Shown: piece by piece, positions 27,324 to 36,543 of the stretch
How positions within the stretch are numbered: the stretch's first letter is position 1
How the letters are laid out: the number at the start of each line of letters is the position of its first letter
Virus record (IMG/VR): IMGVR_UViG_3300035698_015309
Direction: 5' to 3' (one strand)
From: a virus
Lineage: Duplodnaviria; Heunggongvirae; Uroviricota; Caudoviricetes
DNA: 64,000 bases
Notes under the pieces: generated by a model
What the model was told of the DNA's origin: nothing
The model's input: the letters and a program-made list of their open reading frames with translations, nothing else
Database searches by the model: none
Position numbers and translations under genes: made by a program

Positions 27324-27631
27324 AAGTCTTGGCCGTGTTCCAGCATGTCACCTATGCACACCTTCAAGCGGCTAACTTCCTCGGTGTTGCCGCAACACCC
27401 GAAGCGGCCAAAGCCATCATGCAGAAAGACATCGACGCATTGGTGGCTGACGGTGCCACTCTGCACAAGGTAACTGCTGAGGCCACTCCCAACAAGGCCA
27501 TATGGGCGGAGCGGCATGAGCAGCAACTTGGTCTGGACCCCAGCGATTTACTCGTCCTGAACGCCGATGACCACAACGTGTGTCACGTTGCCCAAGAGTT
27601 TGAGTTAGAAGGTTGGGTACCTGACGCTTAA
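27320..27631 (+). CDS. hypothetical small protein
   Basis: ATGA-coupled to the upstream gene. Confidence 0.4.
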   Translation: MKVLAVFQHVTYAHLQAANFLGVAATPEAAKAIMQKDIDALVADGATLHKVTAEATPNKAIWAERHEQQLGLDPSDLLVLNADDHNVCHVAQEFELEGWVPDA

Positions 27632-27704
27632 GAAGGAAGGGATCATCTCACCACCCTGTTGAGTAGTCCAAGTGAGGGGCAAACGTCCCCTGGGAGGCTC
27701 ACCG

Positions 27705-28094
27705 ATGGACATGCAAAAGTTTGTAGGGAAACCCTGCACCGTGTACGAGTGGGTGGGAGAGATGGAGTGGCAGCAGGAGGGATGGAGCCAGGGGGGGCCT
27801 CTCCCCGTCCCGTGGACTGTCACCACGGCGGAAGAAGGCGGTCAGCAAGCCCCAGAAGTGCGGAAGGCTGTCGGGGTCATCCGGGAGTGTTCCCTCATGG
27901 GGGACAACCCCCGACTGCTGTGCATGGTGGAGTTGTCCGATGGCACCCTCTGGCGAGGGGACTCTCAGGATCACAACTTTGACATTGAGTTAGAGAAGGG
28001 AGCGGACGGGAGTCTGACGCTGACGTGGGGAAGCCCCGATGGAAGCGACACGCTGTGGAAGGACCTGTGGGTACACATCCCCGCTGCCTACTAG
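27705..28094 (+). CDS. hypothetical protein
   Basis: Motif plus hairpin plus GGGAGG upstream. Confidence 0.4.
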   Translation: MDMQKFVGKPCTVYEWVGEMEWQQEGWSQGGPLPVPWTVTTAEEGGQQAPEVRKAVGVIRECSLMGDNPRLLCMVELSDGTLWRGDSQDHNFDIELEKGADGSLTLTWGSPDGSDTLWKDLWVHIPAAY

Positions 28095-28180
28095 GAGCAC
28101 GACAAAAAGGGATCATCTCACCGACCTGCTGAGTAGTTAAAGTGAGGGGGCAAATGACCCCTGACAAGGAGACCAACGCA

Positions 28181-28813
28181 ATGAGCAACCCTCAGATAGA
28201 TACCCTGGTCAAACGGATCGCCGCCGCTCGGGACGCTTATTACAACGGCTCCCCCATCATGACGGATGTGGTTTACGACGCCCTGGAAGATCAGCTTCGA
28301 GCGCTCGACCCCAAGCACCCGGAACTCCTCAAGGTCGGTGCAGCCCCCGCCCCGGTCAAGGGTGCATGGCCGAAGGTCCGGCACAGCATCCCAATGTCCA
28401 GCCTGAACAAGGCCCAGGTCGAAACGGATCTGGCTGCGTGGTTCGCCTCGGTGAGCAACGCCGATGTCGCTGTGATGGACAAACTTGATGGTATCTCGTG
28501 TTTTGATGGGGCTACCCCACTGCATCTGGCTAATGGGGAAACTGTCCCCCTTCAAGAGGTCGTAGAAAAGGGACTGATGCCCCAAGTTTTAACCTGGGAT
28601 CCTGAAAGGGGGGTCACCACTGAACAAGTCGTGGCCGTCAAAGACAACGGCATCAAGGATAACTGGGTTCGGGTTACCTTTGAAACGGATCCCCTGCATC
28701 TGGGATCCTCTGTTGTGGTGACTGAAGACCATCTCTTCTATGTCAAGGATAAAGGGTGGGTTGAAGCTAAAGATCTCACGGGTGAAGACGTGCTTGACTG
28801 TACCGAACAACCC
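28181..28813 (+). CDS. ligA: NAD-dependent DNA ligase N-terminal fragment (adenylation-domain start through the KxDG lysine) fused to an N-terminal split-intein half (IntN, 28499-28813)
   Basis: MSNPQIDTLVKRIAAARDAYY...VMDKLDGIS then CFDGATPLHLANGE... (Hint block A). Stops after ~105 aa of intein. An alternative start at 28154 is in frame. Confidence 0.75.
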
Positions 28814-29837
28814 TGATAGTTTAGACCCCAGGATACCCCATCTAGCGGGTGTCCTGGGGGGCCTTATGTTATTAGGGGACGCTTGGTTTGTTGAACATTT
28901 CAGGAAAACCAGAAAACGGGGTAACACGATAGCTGGTCGTCAATGGACCTTGCGAGTAAAGCAAGAAAAACCTGTCCTGACAAAAATTTGTGACCGCTGT
29001 GGACATAAAGAGATCACCTTATCGAGTCCATTATCTCGGGTTCGGCACGTGGTTAAACAAGCTGTAGAACAGGAACAGAAGTGGGGTCTGCATCTTTGCC
29101 CCAAATGTGCTCGTAAGGAGGCACGCAAAAAGGCAGCTATTACGAGAGCAACGCCCGGATGGAGTGAGAACTTTGGTCGTCAAGTAGCTTTGGGTCTGGC
29201 TTTAATACCGTCAGACAAAAATGCAGAACGATATGAAAGAGCACGTCAAACCCGTATTGCCACCTATTCCCGCATGACACCGAAGGAACGACGCAGAGGT
29301 GTCGTCAAGCAATGGCAAACAATGACGGAGGAGGCTAAACAACGGAGAGCAAAAAAAATAGGCGAGGGTGCCAAAAAAGTTTGGGCCTCATTAACGCCAG
29401 AACAAAGAAACCAACGGGTTGCTCGGATGATCAAGGGGCTCCCTCGATCAAAGATATCGGATGATTTTCGACAACATCTGATAGATGCGAGATTGTATGC
29501 AGGCTTTGTAAGTGAACAAGTCATTTCAGGTTTCACCGTTGATGAGGCTAATGAGACCTTGAAAGTGATCCTTGAGTTCTTTGGGGACTACTATCATTGT
29601 AACCCGAGTAACCCCAAATTCTCAGACCCTGAGTTCTACAACACAACAATCCGAATGACATCGGCCCAAAAATGGCAGTATGATCGCCGTCGTTTAGCGG
29701 GACTCAGAAAAGTAGGGTACCGTATTCTAGTGGTATGGGAAAGTGACTGGCGTAAAAACCCTGAAGATGTGTTGAGCAGAGTGCGGACATTTCTGAATCA
29801 GTTTAAAACGGGATCATCTGCGGACCCCACAGAGTAG
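28740..29837 (+). CDS. free-standing endonuclease between the ligA halves; C-terminal Vsr/DUF559-like nuclease domain. Start uncertain (overlaps the IntN end).
   Basis: FFGDYYHCNP...QKWQYDRRRLAGLRKVGYRILVVWESDW. Frame differs from both ligA halves. Ends in the ...GSSADPTE* motif. Confidence 0.55.
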   Translation: MSRIKGGLKLKISRVKTCLTVPNNPDSLDPRIPHLAGVLGGLMLLGDAWFVEHFRKTRKRGNTIAGRQWTLRVKQEKPVLTKICDRCGHKEITLSSPLSRVRHVVKQAVEQEQKWGLHLCPKCARKEARKKAAITRATPGWSENFGRQVALGLALIPSDKNAERYERARQTRIATYSRMTPKERRRGVVKQWQTMTEEAKQRRAKKIGEGAKKVWASLTPEQRNQRVARMIKGLPRSKISDDFRQHLIDARLYAGFVSEQVISGFTVDEANETLKVILEFFGDYYHCNPSNPKFSDPEFYNTTIRMTSAQKWQYDRRRLAGLRKVGYRILVVWESDWRKNPEDVLSRVRTFLNQFKTGSSADPTE

Positions 29838-29868
29838 ACCTAGTGACGGTCATCAAACGAGGTCTACA

Positions 29869-31734
29869 ATGCGAGTTGCATCCGTTGAGAAAGTACCGGG
29901 ACCCAGAAGAGCCTTTGATCTGACAATCCGCAATACGTCCTGTTACTTTGTGGGGCCTGGAATTTTAGCACACAACTGTGGGATGAGATACGAAAACAGG
30001 AAGCTAGTGCAGGCGCTGACACGGGGCGACGGGACGATAGGCGAGGATATCACCCGGAACGTCCTGCTGATGAAGGGTGCAGTCAAGGTACTGCCCCCGA
30101 CGTTACCGGATGGCACCCCCACCCCAGACGATGTGTGGGTGCGGGCCGAGGTTGTGGTGACCCACGATGACTTCGTCACCCACTTCAAGGGCGAATCCAA
30201 CCCCCGTAACACGGCGAGCGGCACTGCGAAACGTCAAACTGACAACAGCAAATGTGCCTTCCTGACGGTTATCTGCTATCAACTCCTGCCCGGTGGTCGC
30301 CCGATGGCGTCCAAGAGCGCCGAGTTGAAGGCCCTGGCCACGATGGGCTTCCAGGTACCCCGCTGGGGTGAGTACAAGGGACTGGCAGCAGTGGAGGCCC
30401 TCTACCAGGACTACATCGCCACCGTCAGGAAGAGCCTGGGTTACGATATCGACGGGCTGGTGATCGAGGTGGCTGACGCCAACGCCCGTGCGATGCTTGG
30501 GGAACTGAACAACCGCCCCAAGGGTGCCTGCGCTTATAAGTTTCCTCATGAGTCCAAGCCGACCACGCTGCGGAGCATCCGTTGGCAGGTAGGCAACAGC
30601 GGGCGCATCACCCCGGTGGCCGAATTTGACGTTGTGAACCTCGCAGGGGCGAACGTCAAACAGGCGAGCCTTCACAACATCAGCAACATCGAAGGGCTGT
30701 GGGGCAAAGCCACTGTTCCGGTACCCGGCGACGCAATTCTCGTTTCTCGCAGAAATGATGTTATCCCCTATGTAGAGGAAGTCCTGAACAAGTTCGGTAC
30801 AGGCACGGGACTCCGCACCCCGACCCAGTGCCCCTCCTGCCAGGGAGCCTTGGTGCGGGACGGCGAGTACCTTGTGTGCCGCAGCGAGGAGTGCCCCGCC
30901 CAGGCAACCGGGGCCATCAGACGCTGGGTCAAGAAGCTCGGTGTCCTACACGTTGGCGAGACCCTGATCGACGCAATGGTGGATGCGTTCCCTTTCACCC
31001 TCACCGAGGAAGTGTTTGAAGTCACCTTCGGCGTAAAGAAGGATGACGTGAAGACCCTCCCGGCAGCGGATCAGGAACGGATACGCAACGCCCCAATGGA
31101 CATCGCTGACCTCTACAACCTGGACCTGGACGAGGTCGCCTCCCTGGAGTTGAGCGGACGGCGTGTCGGCGGCTCGGCGGACAAAGCCCTCAGGAACCTT
31201 AACGCCAAGAAGACGCTGCCCCTGCACGTCCTGATAGGGAGCCTGGGTATCCCCCTGATCGGGCGCAGCATGGCCAAGGTGGTTGTGGACGCTGGATACA
31301 CCACCCTGAACCTGCTCTTCAAGGCCAAGGTGCATGTTCCCATCGTCACCAGGGGCAAGACCCTCCCGGCAGTTGCCAGCATCCCTGGAATGGGGGACAC
31401 GAAAGCGCTGGCCTTCGTGACGGGATTTGCTGCCAAGGCCGGGCTGATCGTCAAGTTGCGGGCCACGCAAGACCTTGGCGGAGCCGACATCACCATCCAG
31501 GACATCTCCGGGCCGTTGCTCGGGATGACCTTTTGCCTGACTGGCACCCGTGAACCCGCCCTGCTCGATGCTATCGAAAAGGCGGGTGGCACAATGAAGG
31601 GCAGCGTGTCCAAGAAACTATCCTACCTGATCGCCCTGGACCCGGACAGTACCTCGGGCAAAGCGAAAAAGGCCAAGCAGTACGGCGTGAAGGTGATCGG
31701 CTTGGACGAGGCGTACAAGCTGGCGGGGGTGTGA
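29869..31734 (+). CDS. ligA: C-terminal split-intein half (IntC, 36 aa, ...FVGPGILAHN) fused to the remainder of NAD-dependent DNA ligase
   Basis: Own motif plus RBS plus ATG. HN|CGMRYENRKLVQALTRGDGTIGEDIT continues LigA. C4 zinc finger CPSCQ...CRSEECPAQ and a C-terminal BRCT region present. Confidence 0.8.
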   Translation: MRVASVEKVPGPRRAFDLTIRNTSCYFVGPGILAHNCGMRYENRKLVQALTRGDGTIGEDITRNVLLMKGAVKVLPPTLPDGTPTPDDVWVRAEVVVTHDDFVTHFKGESNPRNTASGTAKRQTDNSKCAFLTVICYQLLPGGRPMASKSAELKALATMGFQVPRWGEYKGLAAVEALYQDYIATVRKSLGYDIDGLVIEVADANARAMLGELNNRPKGACAYKFPHESKPTTLRSIRWQVGNSGRITPVAEFDVVNLAGANVKQASLHNISNIEGLWGKATVPVPGDAILVSRRNDVIPYVEEVLNKFGTGTGLRTPTQCPSCQGALVRDGEYLVCRSEECPAQATGAIRRWVKKLGVLHVGETLIDAMVDAFPFTLTEEVFEVTFGVKKDDVKTLPAADQERIRNAPMDIADLYNLDLDEVASLELSGRRVGGSADKALRNLNAKKTLPLHVLIGSLGIPLIGRSMAKVVVDAGYTTLNLLFKAKVHVPIVTRGKTLPAVASIPGMGDTKALAFVTGFAAKAGLIVKLRATQDLGGADITIQDISGPLLGMTFCLTGTREPALLDAIEKAGGTMKGSVSKKLSYLIALDPDSTSGKAKKAKQYGVKVIGLDEAYKLAGV

Positions 31735-32357
31735 CGATGGGTGAGGTCGTACCAGGACCAGGGACGCTTCAGTTTGCGCTGGACAGCATAAATGATCCGG
31801 TGTTGCAAAAGGTTAAGGACCAGCAGCCCCTCACCCCTGAAGACCAAAATCATCTGAGGGAAAAGATGGGGCTTCCTGGTCCTGAGCATGTGCCTTGGGG
31901 TCATGGCCCCTGGAAACGGGACGACCCGGATATGCTCGCCCTTGATTATTTGAAGGACACTACGGTTTTTGGCTCCTGTGATAAGGAGACAGATGAATAC
32001 CTGGAGAACACAATCTGGGAGTGGTACCGAGGTGTGAGACTCGCATTCCAAGAGTGTGGGTGCCAAAACTGCATGCAGATTGGAGAGGCAAAAACGATGA
32101 CAGCGCCCGCTGCAATTGCCCGTGGTGAAAGGCACTACGCAGCCGTAATGAACAAACGCCTGCCACGGGGGTGGAGAAAACAGCCTAAAGTGCTGGCCCT
32201 CATTGCCAAGTTTGACCAGGAACTGAAGGCAGCAGGCAACGATCTCATGCGGACGGCACGGGGGGACAACTACGCTGGGGATACAGCACCTGAGGCAACC
32301 GGGCCAATCGGAAAGGAATGGACCCTTCGGGAATGGCCTCGGGAGTACAGTTGGTGA
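31731..32357 (+). CDS. hypothetical protein; paralogue of the gene at 33031 (VPGPGTLQFA..., CGCQNC)
   Basis: ATGA-coupled to ligA. Confidence 0.45.
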   Translation: MTMGEVVPGPGTLQFALDSINDPVLQKVKDQQPLTPEDQNHLREKMGLPGPEHVPWGHGPWKRDDPDMLALDYLKDTTVFGSCDKETDEYLENTIWEWYRGVRLAFQECGCQNCMQIGEAKTMTAPAAIARGERHYAAVMNKRLPRGWRKQPKVLALIAKFDQELKAAGNDLMRTARGDNYAGDTAPEATGPIGKEWTLREWPREYSW

Positions 32358-32968
32358 TGAACACTGAGGCTACAAACGTCACCAGCCAGTGGTTGGGACA
32401 GAACTGGCAGACCTTTCAGGAAGCGGGACATTACGGTCTCCGTACCTGGGCGGTGCCCATCCCTTCAAGTGATGTGGAGGACGTGATCCAGGACACGGCC
32501 ATACAATTCATTCATGTCGATGCTCTTCGCTTCTTCATTCACCGGGAAGGGGAGGAACTGAAAAGCTCTCTGACCTTAGACCGACTAGGTCTGTTTATAG
32601 CCCGTAAGGCCATCAAGTGGCTCCAACGAGCCGGTCAAGACGTAGTTCCCCGTAGCAGCCTGGGGGCACAGACAAAATGGGAGTGGCAAGGCAAAACCAC
32701 AGCACCACAGCCGCCCACATCGTATGAAGTGGACCCGTCGAACAGCCAATGGACAGCGGGTTGTCAAATGGAGCTTGTGGAGTCCGTTTGCACTCAGATC
32801 TTTCCGGACAACGCTGAACGGTACGTGGCTATCATCAAACGAAGGGTTGAAGGTTACAGCCAGACTGAGATAGCCGCAGAGTTCGGTTCTACTAAGGGTC
32901 GGATCGGTCGTGTTCTCCAGCGTGTTCGTCGGGAGTTTCAGCCCTTCCGGGAGGCCCTTTGCAGTTGA
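32357..32968 (+). CDS. sigma-70-family-like protein (region-4 HTH: YSQTEIAAEFGSTKGRIGRVLQRVRREF)
   Basis: C-terminal r4.2-type HTH. ATGA overlap with the upstream gene. Confidence 0.45.
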   Translation: MNTEATNVTSQWLGQNWQTFQEAGHYGLRTWAVPIPSSDVEDVIQDTAIQFIHVDALRFFIHREGEELKSSLTLDRLGLFIARKAIKWLQRAGQDVVPRSSLGAQTKWEWQGKTTAPQPPTSYEVDPSNSQWTAGCQMELVESVCTQIFPDNAERYVAIIKRRVEGYSQTEIAAEFGSTKGRIGRVLQRVRREFQPFREALCS

Positions 32969-33030
32969 CGGGATCATCTGTGGCGGCGGCAGAGTAGTGT
33001 GGATGAGGCACTAGACTTAGAGGATGACTG

Positions 33031-33654
33031 ATGGACAATGTCATACCAGGGCCGGGCACGCTTCAGTTTGCCTTTAACCAGATGAAGGATCCGCTGGATC
33101 GGAAGTTCATTGACCACCCGGAACTCGTCACGGACGAGGAAATAAAGGAGATGGCCGCTCGGTTGCCTGGAGGTAAAGGCCATCACACTTGGCCCGAAGG
33201 TCCCTGGCAGCGGGAAGGGCTTGACCTGTTTGATATGATCATCGCAAACTTCAGTGATGACATCCTCAAAAACCCCATCAACCCAGACAACCTCGATGAT
33301 GAGGATGCCTTGGAATACACGATCAGTCAGTGGTACTTGGATGTTCGCTTTGTCTTTCGTCCTTGTGGTTGTGGGAACTGCGGGGATGCCGGGGATGCCG
33401 TAACGTGTATTGTCCCCGAGGCTATTACTCGGGGAGAACGAAGATTTGCTCCCATCATGAACAAATACCACACAAAGGGATGGCGCAAACACCCCAGAGT
33501 ACTTGCCTTCATTCGACAATTTGACGGCGAATTGGAGGCAGCGGACTGGGACCTGATGAAAACCAAACGATGGCATGAATACGCCTGCTCATCGGCACCA
33601 CTTTTGACGCACCGTTGGGCCAATTGGTCTCTCCAAGAATGGCCCCGGCAATGA
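33031..33654 (+). CDS. hypothetical protein; paralogue of 31731 (IPGPGTLQFA..., CGCGNC)
   Basis: Motif at 32964-32990. ~40% aa identity to 31731 by eye. Confidence 0.45.
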   Translation: MDNVIPGPGTLQFAFNQMKDPLDRKFIDHPELVTDEEIKEMAARLPGGKGHHTWPEGPWQREGLDLFDMIIANFSDDILKNPINPDNLDDEDALEYTISQWYLDVRFVFRPCGCGNCGDAGDAVTCIVPEAITRGERRFAPIMNKYHTKGWRKHPRVLAFIRQFDGELEAADWDLMKTKRWHEYACSSAPLLTHRWANWSLQEWPRQ

Positions 33655-33682
33655 CACAGTTACAGGACAAGGAGACAAGCCA

Positions 33683-33925
33683 ATGATGATCACAGGACAG
33701 CATAAGGTTCTCATGGCCGACATGACCTGGAAGGCAGCTCAGGATGTGACGGTGGGAGACCTGTTGAGTGTTCCTTGGCTGATTGGTGCTATCGGTGCTG
33801 ATGGGTCTACGGAGGCACCGGCCCGGTTCCCTCTGGACCAGGGTCATCTCAAGGTGTCCCCTGGGGGGACGGTGGTCCGAATCCTGCAGATCAGTAGGAC
33901 ACTGGACAAGAAACGGGGAGACTGA
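33683..33925 (+). CDS. small protein with Hint-block-A-like N-terminus (ITGQHKVLMADMTWKAAQDVTVGDLL)
   Basis: ORF plus AAGGAGA RBS. Confidence 0.3.
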   Translation: MMITGQHKVLMADMTWKAAQDVTVGDLLSVPWLIGAIGADGSTEAPARFPLDQGHLKVSPGGTVVRILQISRTLDKKRGD

Positions 33926-33927
33926 TC

Positions 33928-34209
33928 GTGCGTAAAACGAACAAGACCCAGGACGGGCGGGTGACCTACTGGGTCGAGCACACGGACCCTGAGGAGCGTG
34001 GCAACTCCTGGTCGGTGGCTGGCCGTGGTGTTTTCCAGTTTTCCCATGAGGACGGCACAACCTTCTCTGCCTCAACGGTCAGCAAACTGGCATATGGGAA
34101 AACGGAAGCCCACGCTATCAAGGGCCTGGAGCGACGGTTCCTGAAGTCCCTGACTCGGGTCGCCGCCCTCATCAACGGAGCACAGGAACAAACGGGAGAG
34201 ACGACATGA
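33928..34209 (+). CDS. hypothetical small protein
   Basis: Coupled ORF. Confidence 0.3.
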   Translation: MRKTNKTQDGRVTYWVEHTDPEERGNSWSVAGRGVFQFSHEDGTTFSASTVSKLAYGKTEAHAIKGLERRFLKSLTRVAALINGAQEQTGETT

Positions 34210-34700
34210 GCCAGGAAAAGTGGACGCCGGAAACAGTCAAAACCTTCCGAGAGAAACGTGGCCTCAATCAACATGCCCTCGGTGTCCTCATGGGGTACGT
34301 GGGTCAGCGTTCTACCACGATGGCACACAGTGAGCAGAGGCTCCCGGACGGGACACCCCGCCGCTCCCTGACGATTGCGGACAGGGTTCGCCTGGACTAC
34401 CTCCAGCAGTTGCCCCTCCCTGAGTTGTATGCACTACTGAGGGACAACGATGCTGATCCCAAGGACAATGCCAAGTGGGTCCAGATCAGCATCTGGGAGT
34501 ATGAGTTCCGTGAGCGGGGCGAAGTCAAAGCGGAGTGTTGCCCCATTATGCAGGACGACGGGTCGCTGATGTGGGGTGTGCGGGTACTGCCCATGACATT
34601 CCCCTTCGAGGAAATACGCCTGTATCGCATACTACGGAGCGCCAAGTGCTCCGTTCAGGGGACGGCAGAGGAAACCTCGGATCATCCTGTGTGCCTGTAG
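34206..34700 (+). CDS. XRE-type HTH domain protein
   Basis: TFREKRGLNQHALGVLMGYVGQRSTTMAHSEQ is a typical HTH_XRE. Confidence 0.5.
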   Translation: MSQEKWTPETVKTFREKRGLNQHALGVLMGYVGQRSTTMAHSEQRLPDGTPRRSLTIADRVRLDYLQQLPLPELYALLRDNDADPKDNAKWVQISIWEYEFRERGEVKAECCPIMQDDGSLMWGVRVLPMTFPFEEIRLYRILRSAKCSVQGTAEETSDHPVCL

Positions 34701-34754
34701 GAGTAGATCAAGTAACTGGGGGATGTGAGGCCCCGCTGAAACAAGGAGACGACC

Positions 34755-35021
34755 ATGTGGATGGAACTGGCAATAGCGGGAGTGTGGGTGCTTTTTGGTT
34801 TCATCGTTTTCGCTTTCAACAGGATGATCCTGCCCCCTGTGACACAGTTTCTCGACAGTCTGTGTCGCAACCCGGTTTATCACAAGTATTCCGTTGAACG
34901 AATCCTCCTGGTATGGCCAATGTACATAATCAACATGTGCCTGACCTTCCTGATGCTGGTGACACCGCTCTACGGCTTTTGGTTGACAACCCAAACACTA
35001 TGGCCCCTGCTAGGGACCTGA
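34755..35021 (+). CDS. small membrane protein
   Basis: Two hydrophobic helices. Motif plus AAGGAG upstream. Confidence 0.4.
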   Translation: MWMELAIAGVWVLFGFIVFAFNRMILPPVTQFLDSLCRNPVYHKYSVERILLVWPMYIINMCLTFLMLVTPLYGFWLTTQTLWPLLGT

Positions 35022-35033
35022 GGAGAATAAAGG

Positions 35034-35501
35034 ATGACGGACCAGACCGAAAGGGACCAGGTTTTCTACGCTAAACTACAACGGAACCGGCGGGAACGGC
35101 TCGACCTCTACAAGAAGGGTGAGTACCTAAAAGGGCTGGCCTTTTGGCTGAGCCTCAGCGCATCCGCTCTGCTAATCATCACTGCCTTCGTAGTGGTGTG
35201 GGGCCTCGGCAAGGCAGTGGACACCCTCGAAGCGATGGACCCCCTGGTCGTCACCAAGGTCGAGACCGTGGTGGAGGAGAAGGTGATCAAGGTGCCCTGC
35301 CCGCCGCCCCCCGTAAGCAACACCGGAGGCGCTGTGGACGGGAAACTCCAGGTCGTTGGGGTTGGGAGCGCCACCCGGTGTGAGATGCACACGGACACGG
35401 GGTGGGTCGTGGTTCCAGCCTCAGCCTGTCCGGCACTCCTCCAGGGAATGCTACCCCCACAGCCGTCCACTCAGGGTGGTGGCACCGCAGCGGGGGGTTA
35501 G
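35034..35501 (+). CDS. membrane-anchored protein
   Basis: TM segment LAFWLSLSASALLIITAFVVVWGL. Confidence 0.4.
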   Translation: MTDQTERDQVFYAKLQRNRRERLDLYKKGEYLKGLAFWLSLSASALLIITAFVVVWGLGKAVDTLEAMDPLVVTKVETVVEEKVIKVPCPPPPVSNTGGAVDGKLQVVGVGSATRCEMHTDTGWVVVPASACPALLQGMLPPQPSTQGGGTAAGG

Positions 35502-35505
35502 TCCG

Positions 35506-35769
35506 ATGGCTTCAAAGCGAGATCCCCTCTGGTACGAGTTCATTGTACGGACACTCCCAAAATGGTTCGACCCGAAGGTCCACAGTGCCAACATGACGGT
35601 CCCCATCTGTGGCCTCTGTGGGTGCAGCGGACGCCTTGATCAGCCGGTACCGGGGTGGGATGCCCGTCTCAAGGGCTTCTGCATCTGTCCCAACGGACGA
35701 GCGTTGAAGCGTCAGGTTCGGAAGGCGGAACTGAAACGCCTGAAAGCGGAAGAGGAAGCAGATGACTGA
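35506..35769 (+). CDS. Cys-rich small protein
   Basis: MASKRDPLWYEF...CGLCGCSG...CICPNG. Confidence 0.35.
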   Translation: MASKRDPLWYEFIVRTLPKWFDPKVHSANMTVPICGLCGCSGRLDQPVPGWDARLKGFCICPNGRALKRQVRKAELKRLKAEEEADD

Positions 35770-35825
35770 ATCAATGACACGAACCGATGCTGCTGCTATC
35801 CTTGACTGCCCCGAGGAGGTACTCA

Positions 35826-36179
35826 ACCGTTCCTTAAAACCTGCTAAAATGTAACAGGCATCAAGTTTGAAGCTGTGCCGAATCTTGGTGACCCAAGTAC
35901 CTCGGTAGTAAACCTCCGGCCCAACGGTAAGGGCTCGATTGACGACCGCTCTAATCGCCCGAATCCTAAGGAACTGGTCCGTCGAAGACGGAATCGCTCT
36001 CTCAGCACTCGTTTTACGCCTCGTGGATGATCGCCAGCTTTGGTGTGTTCATTCCCAGAACATCTGGGCACACCAGAACCTCCTACCCAATCAGCATAAG
36101 CCTTCCTGCCACAACAGCTCCCTGTTTCAAGCAGGAATAGTTAGACTTTAGTAAGTTTGAGGGGTACTGTCAAGTACCC
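35826..36179 (-). mobile_element. Miniature omega-RNA-only element, copy C (minus strand): LE palindrome GGGTACTTGACAGTACCC at 36162-36179, RE at 35826
   Basis: Reverse complement is near-identical to copy B including the deletion junction. ORF 35844..36071(-) is the remnant frame. Confidence 0.7.
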
Positions 36180-36196
36180 TCCACCATGGGGATTGT

Positions 36197-36523
36197 GTGG
36201 GGGCAGATTCTGAGGCTGACTCTGTTGCTGAGGAGCTTGGTTTGTACCGTGTCACACACCCGCCTGAAAACCCGAAAAACCGAGCCTACTGTGTAGCTGA
36301 TGAAACCCATCCCCTCAAACCCTATACCGTCCGTGACCATGACATTGTAGACGCCTCTCAAATTCTAGTGGCGTGCTCGAAAGCAATGCATGAGATACAG
36401 CGCTCAGGTACATGGGCAACCGTCAGGTATGCTCAAAAACGGAAACGCCCCGTCCTGGTCGTTTGGCCGGATGGCACTGTCGGCACCTTGTGGTATGGTG
36501 CTGTTGGGACTAAGCTACATTAG
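36197..36523 (+). CDS. hypothetical protein (start uncertain)
   Basis: ORF abutting the LE of copy C. Confidence 0.3.
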   Translation: MGADSEADSVAEELGLYRVTHPPENPKNRAYCVADETHPLKPYTVRDHDIVDASQILVACSKAMHEIQRSGTWATVRYAQKRKRPVLVVWPDGTVGTLWYGAVGTKLH

Positions 36524-36543
36524 GGAAATCCGAGGAGCGCAAC

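Noticed and set aside
28142-31734. ligA as a frameshifted pseudogene carrying one contiguous intein
   Set aside because: IntN ends with a stop after a typical ~105-aa N-half. IntC has its own motif, RBS and ATG plus a typical 36-aa C-half. The intervening ORF has an intact nuclease domain in a third frame. This is more parsimonious as a split intein plus a free-standing endonuclease. Sequencing-error frameshifts cannot be excluded from sequence alone.
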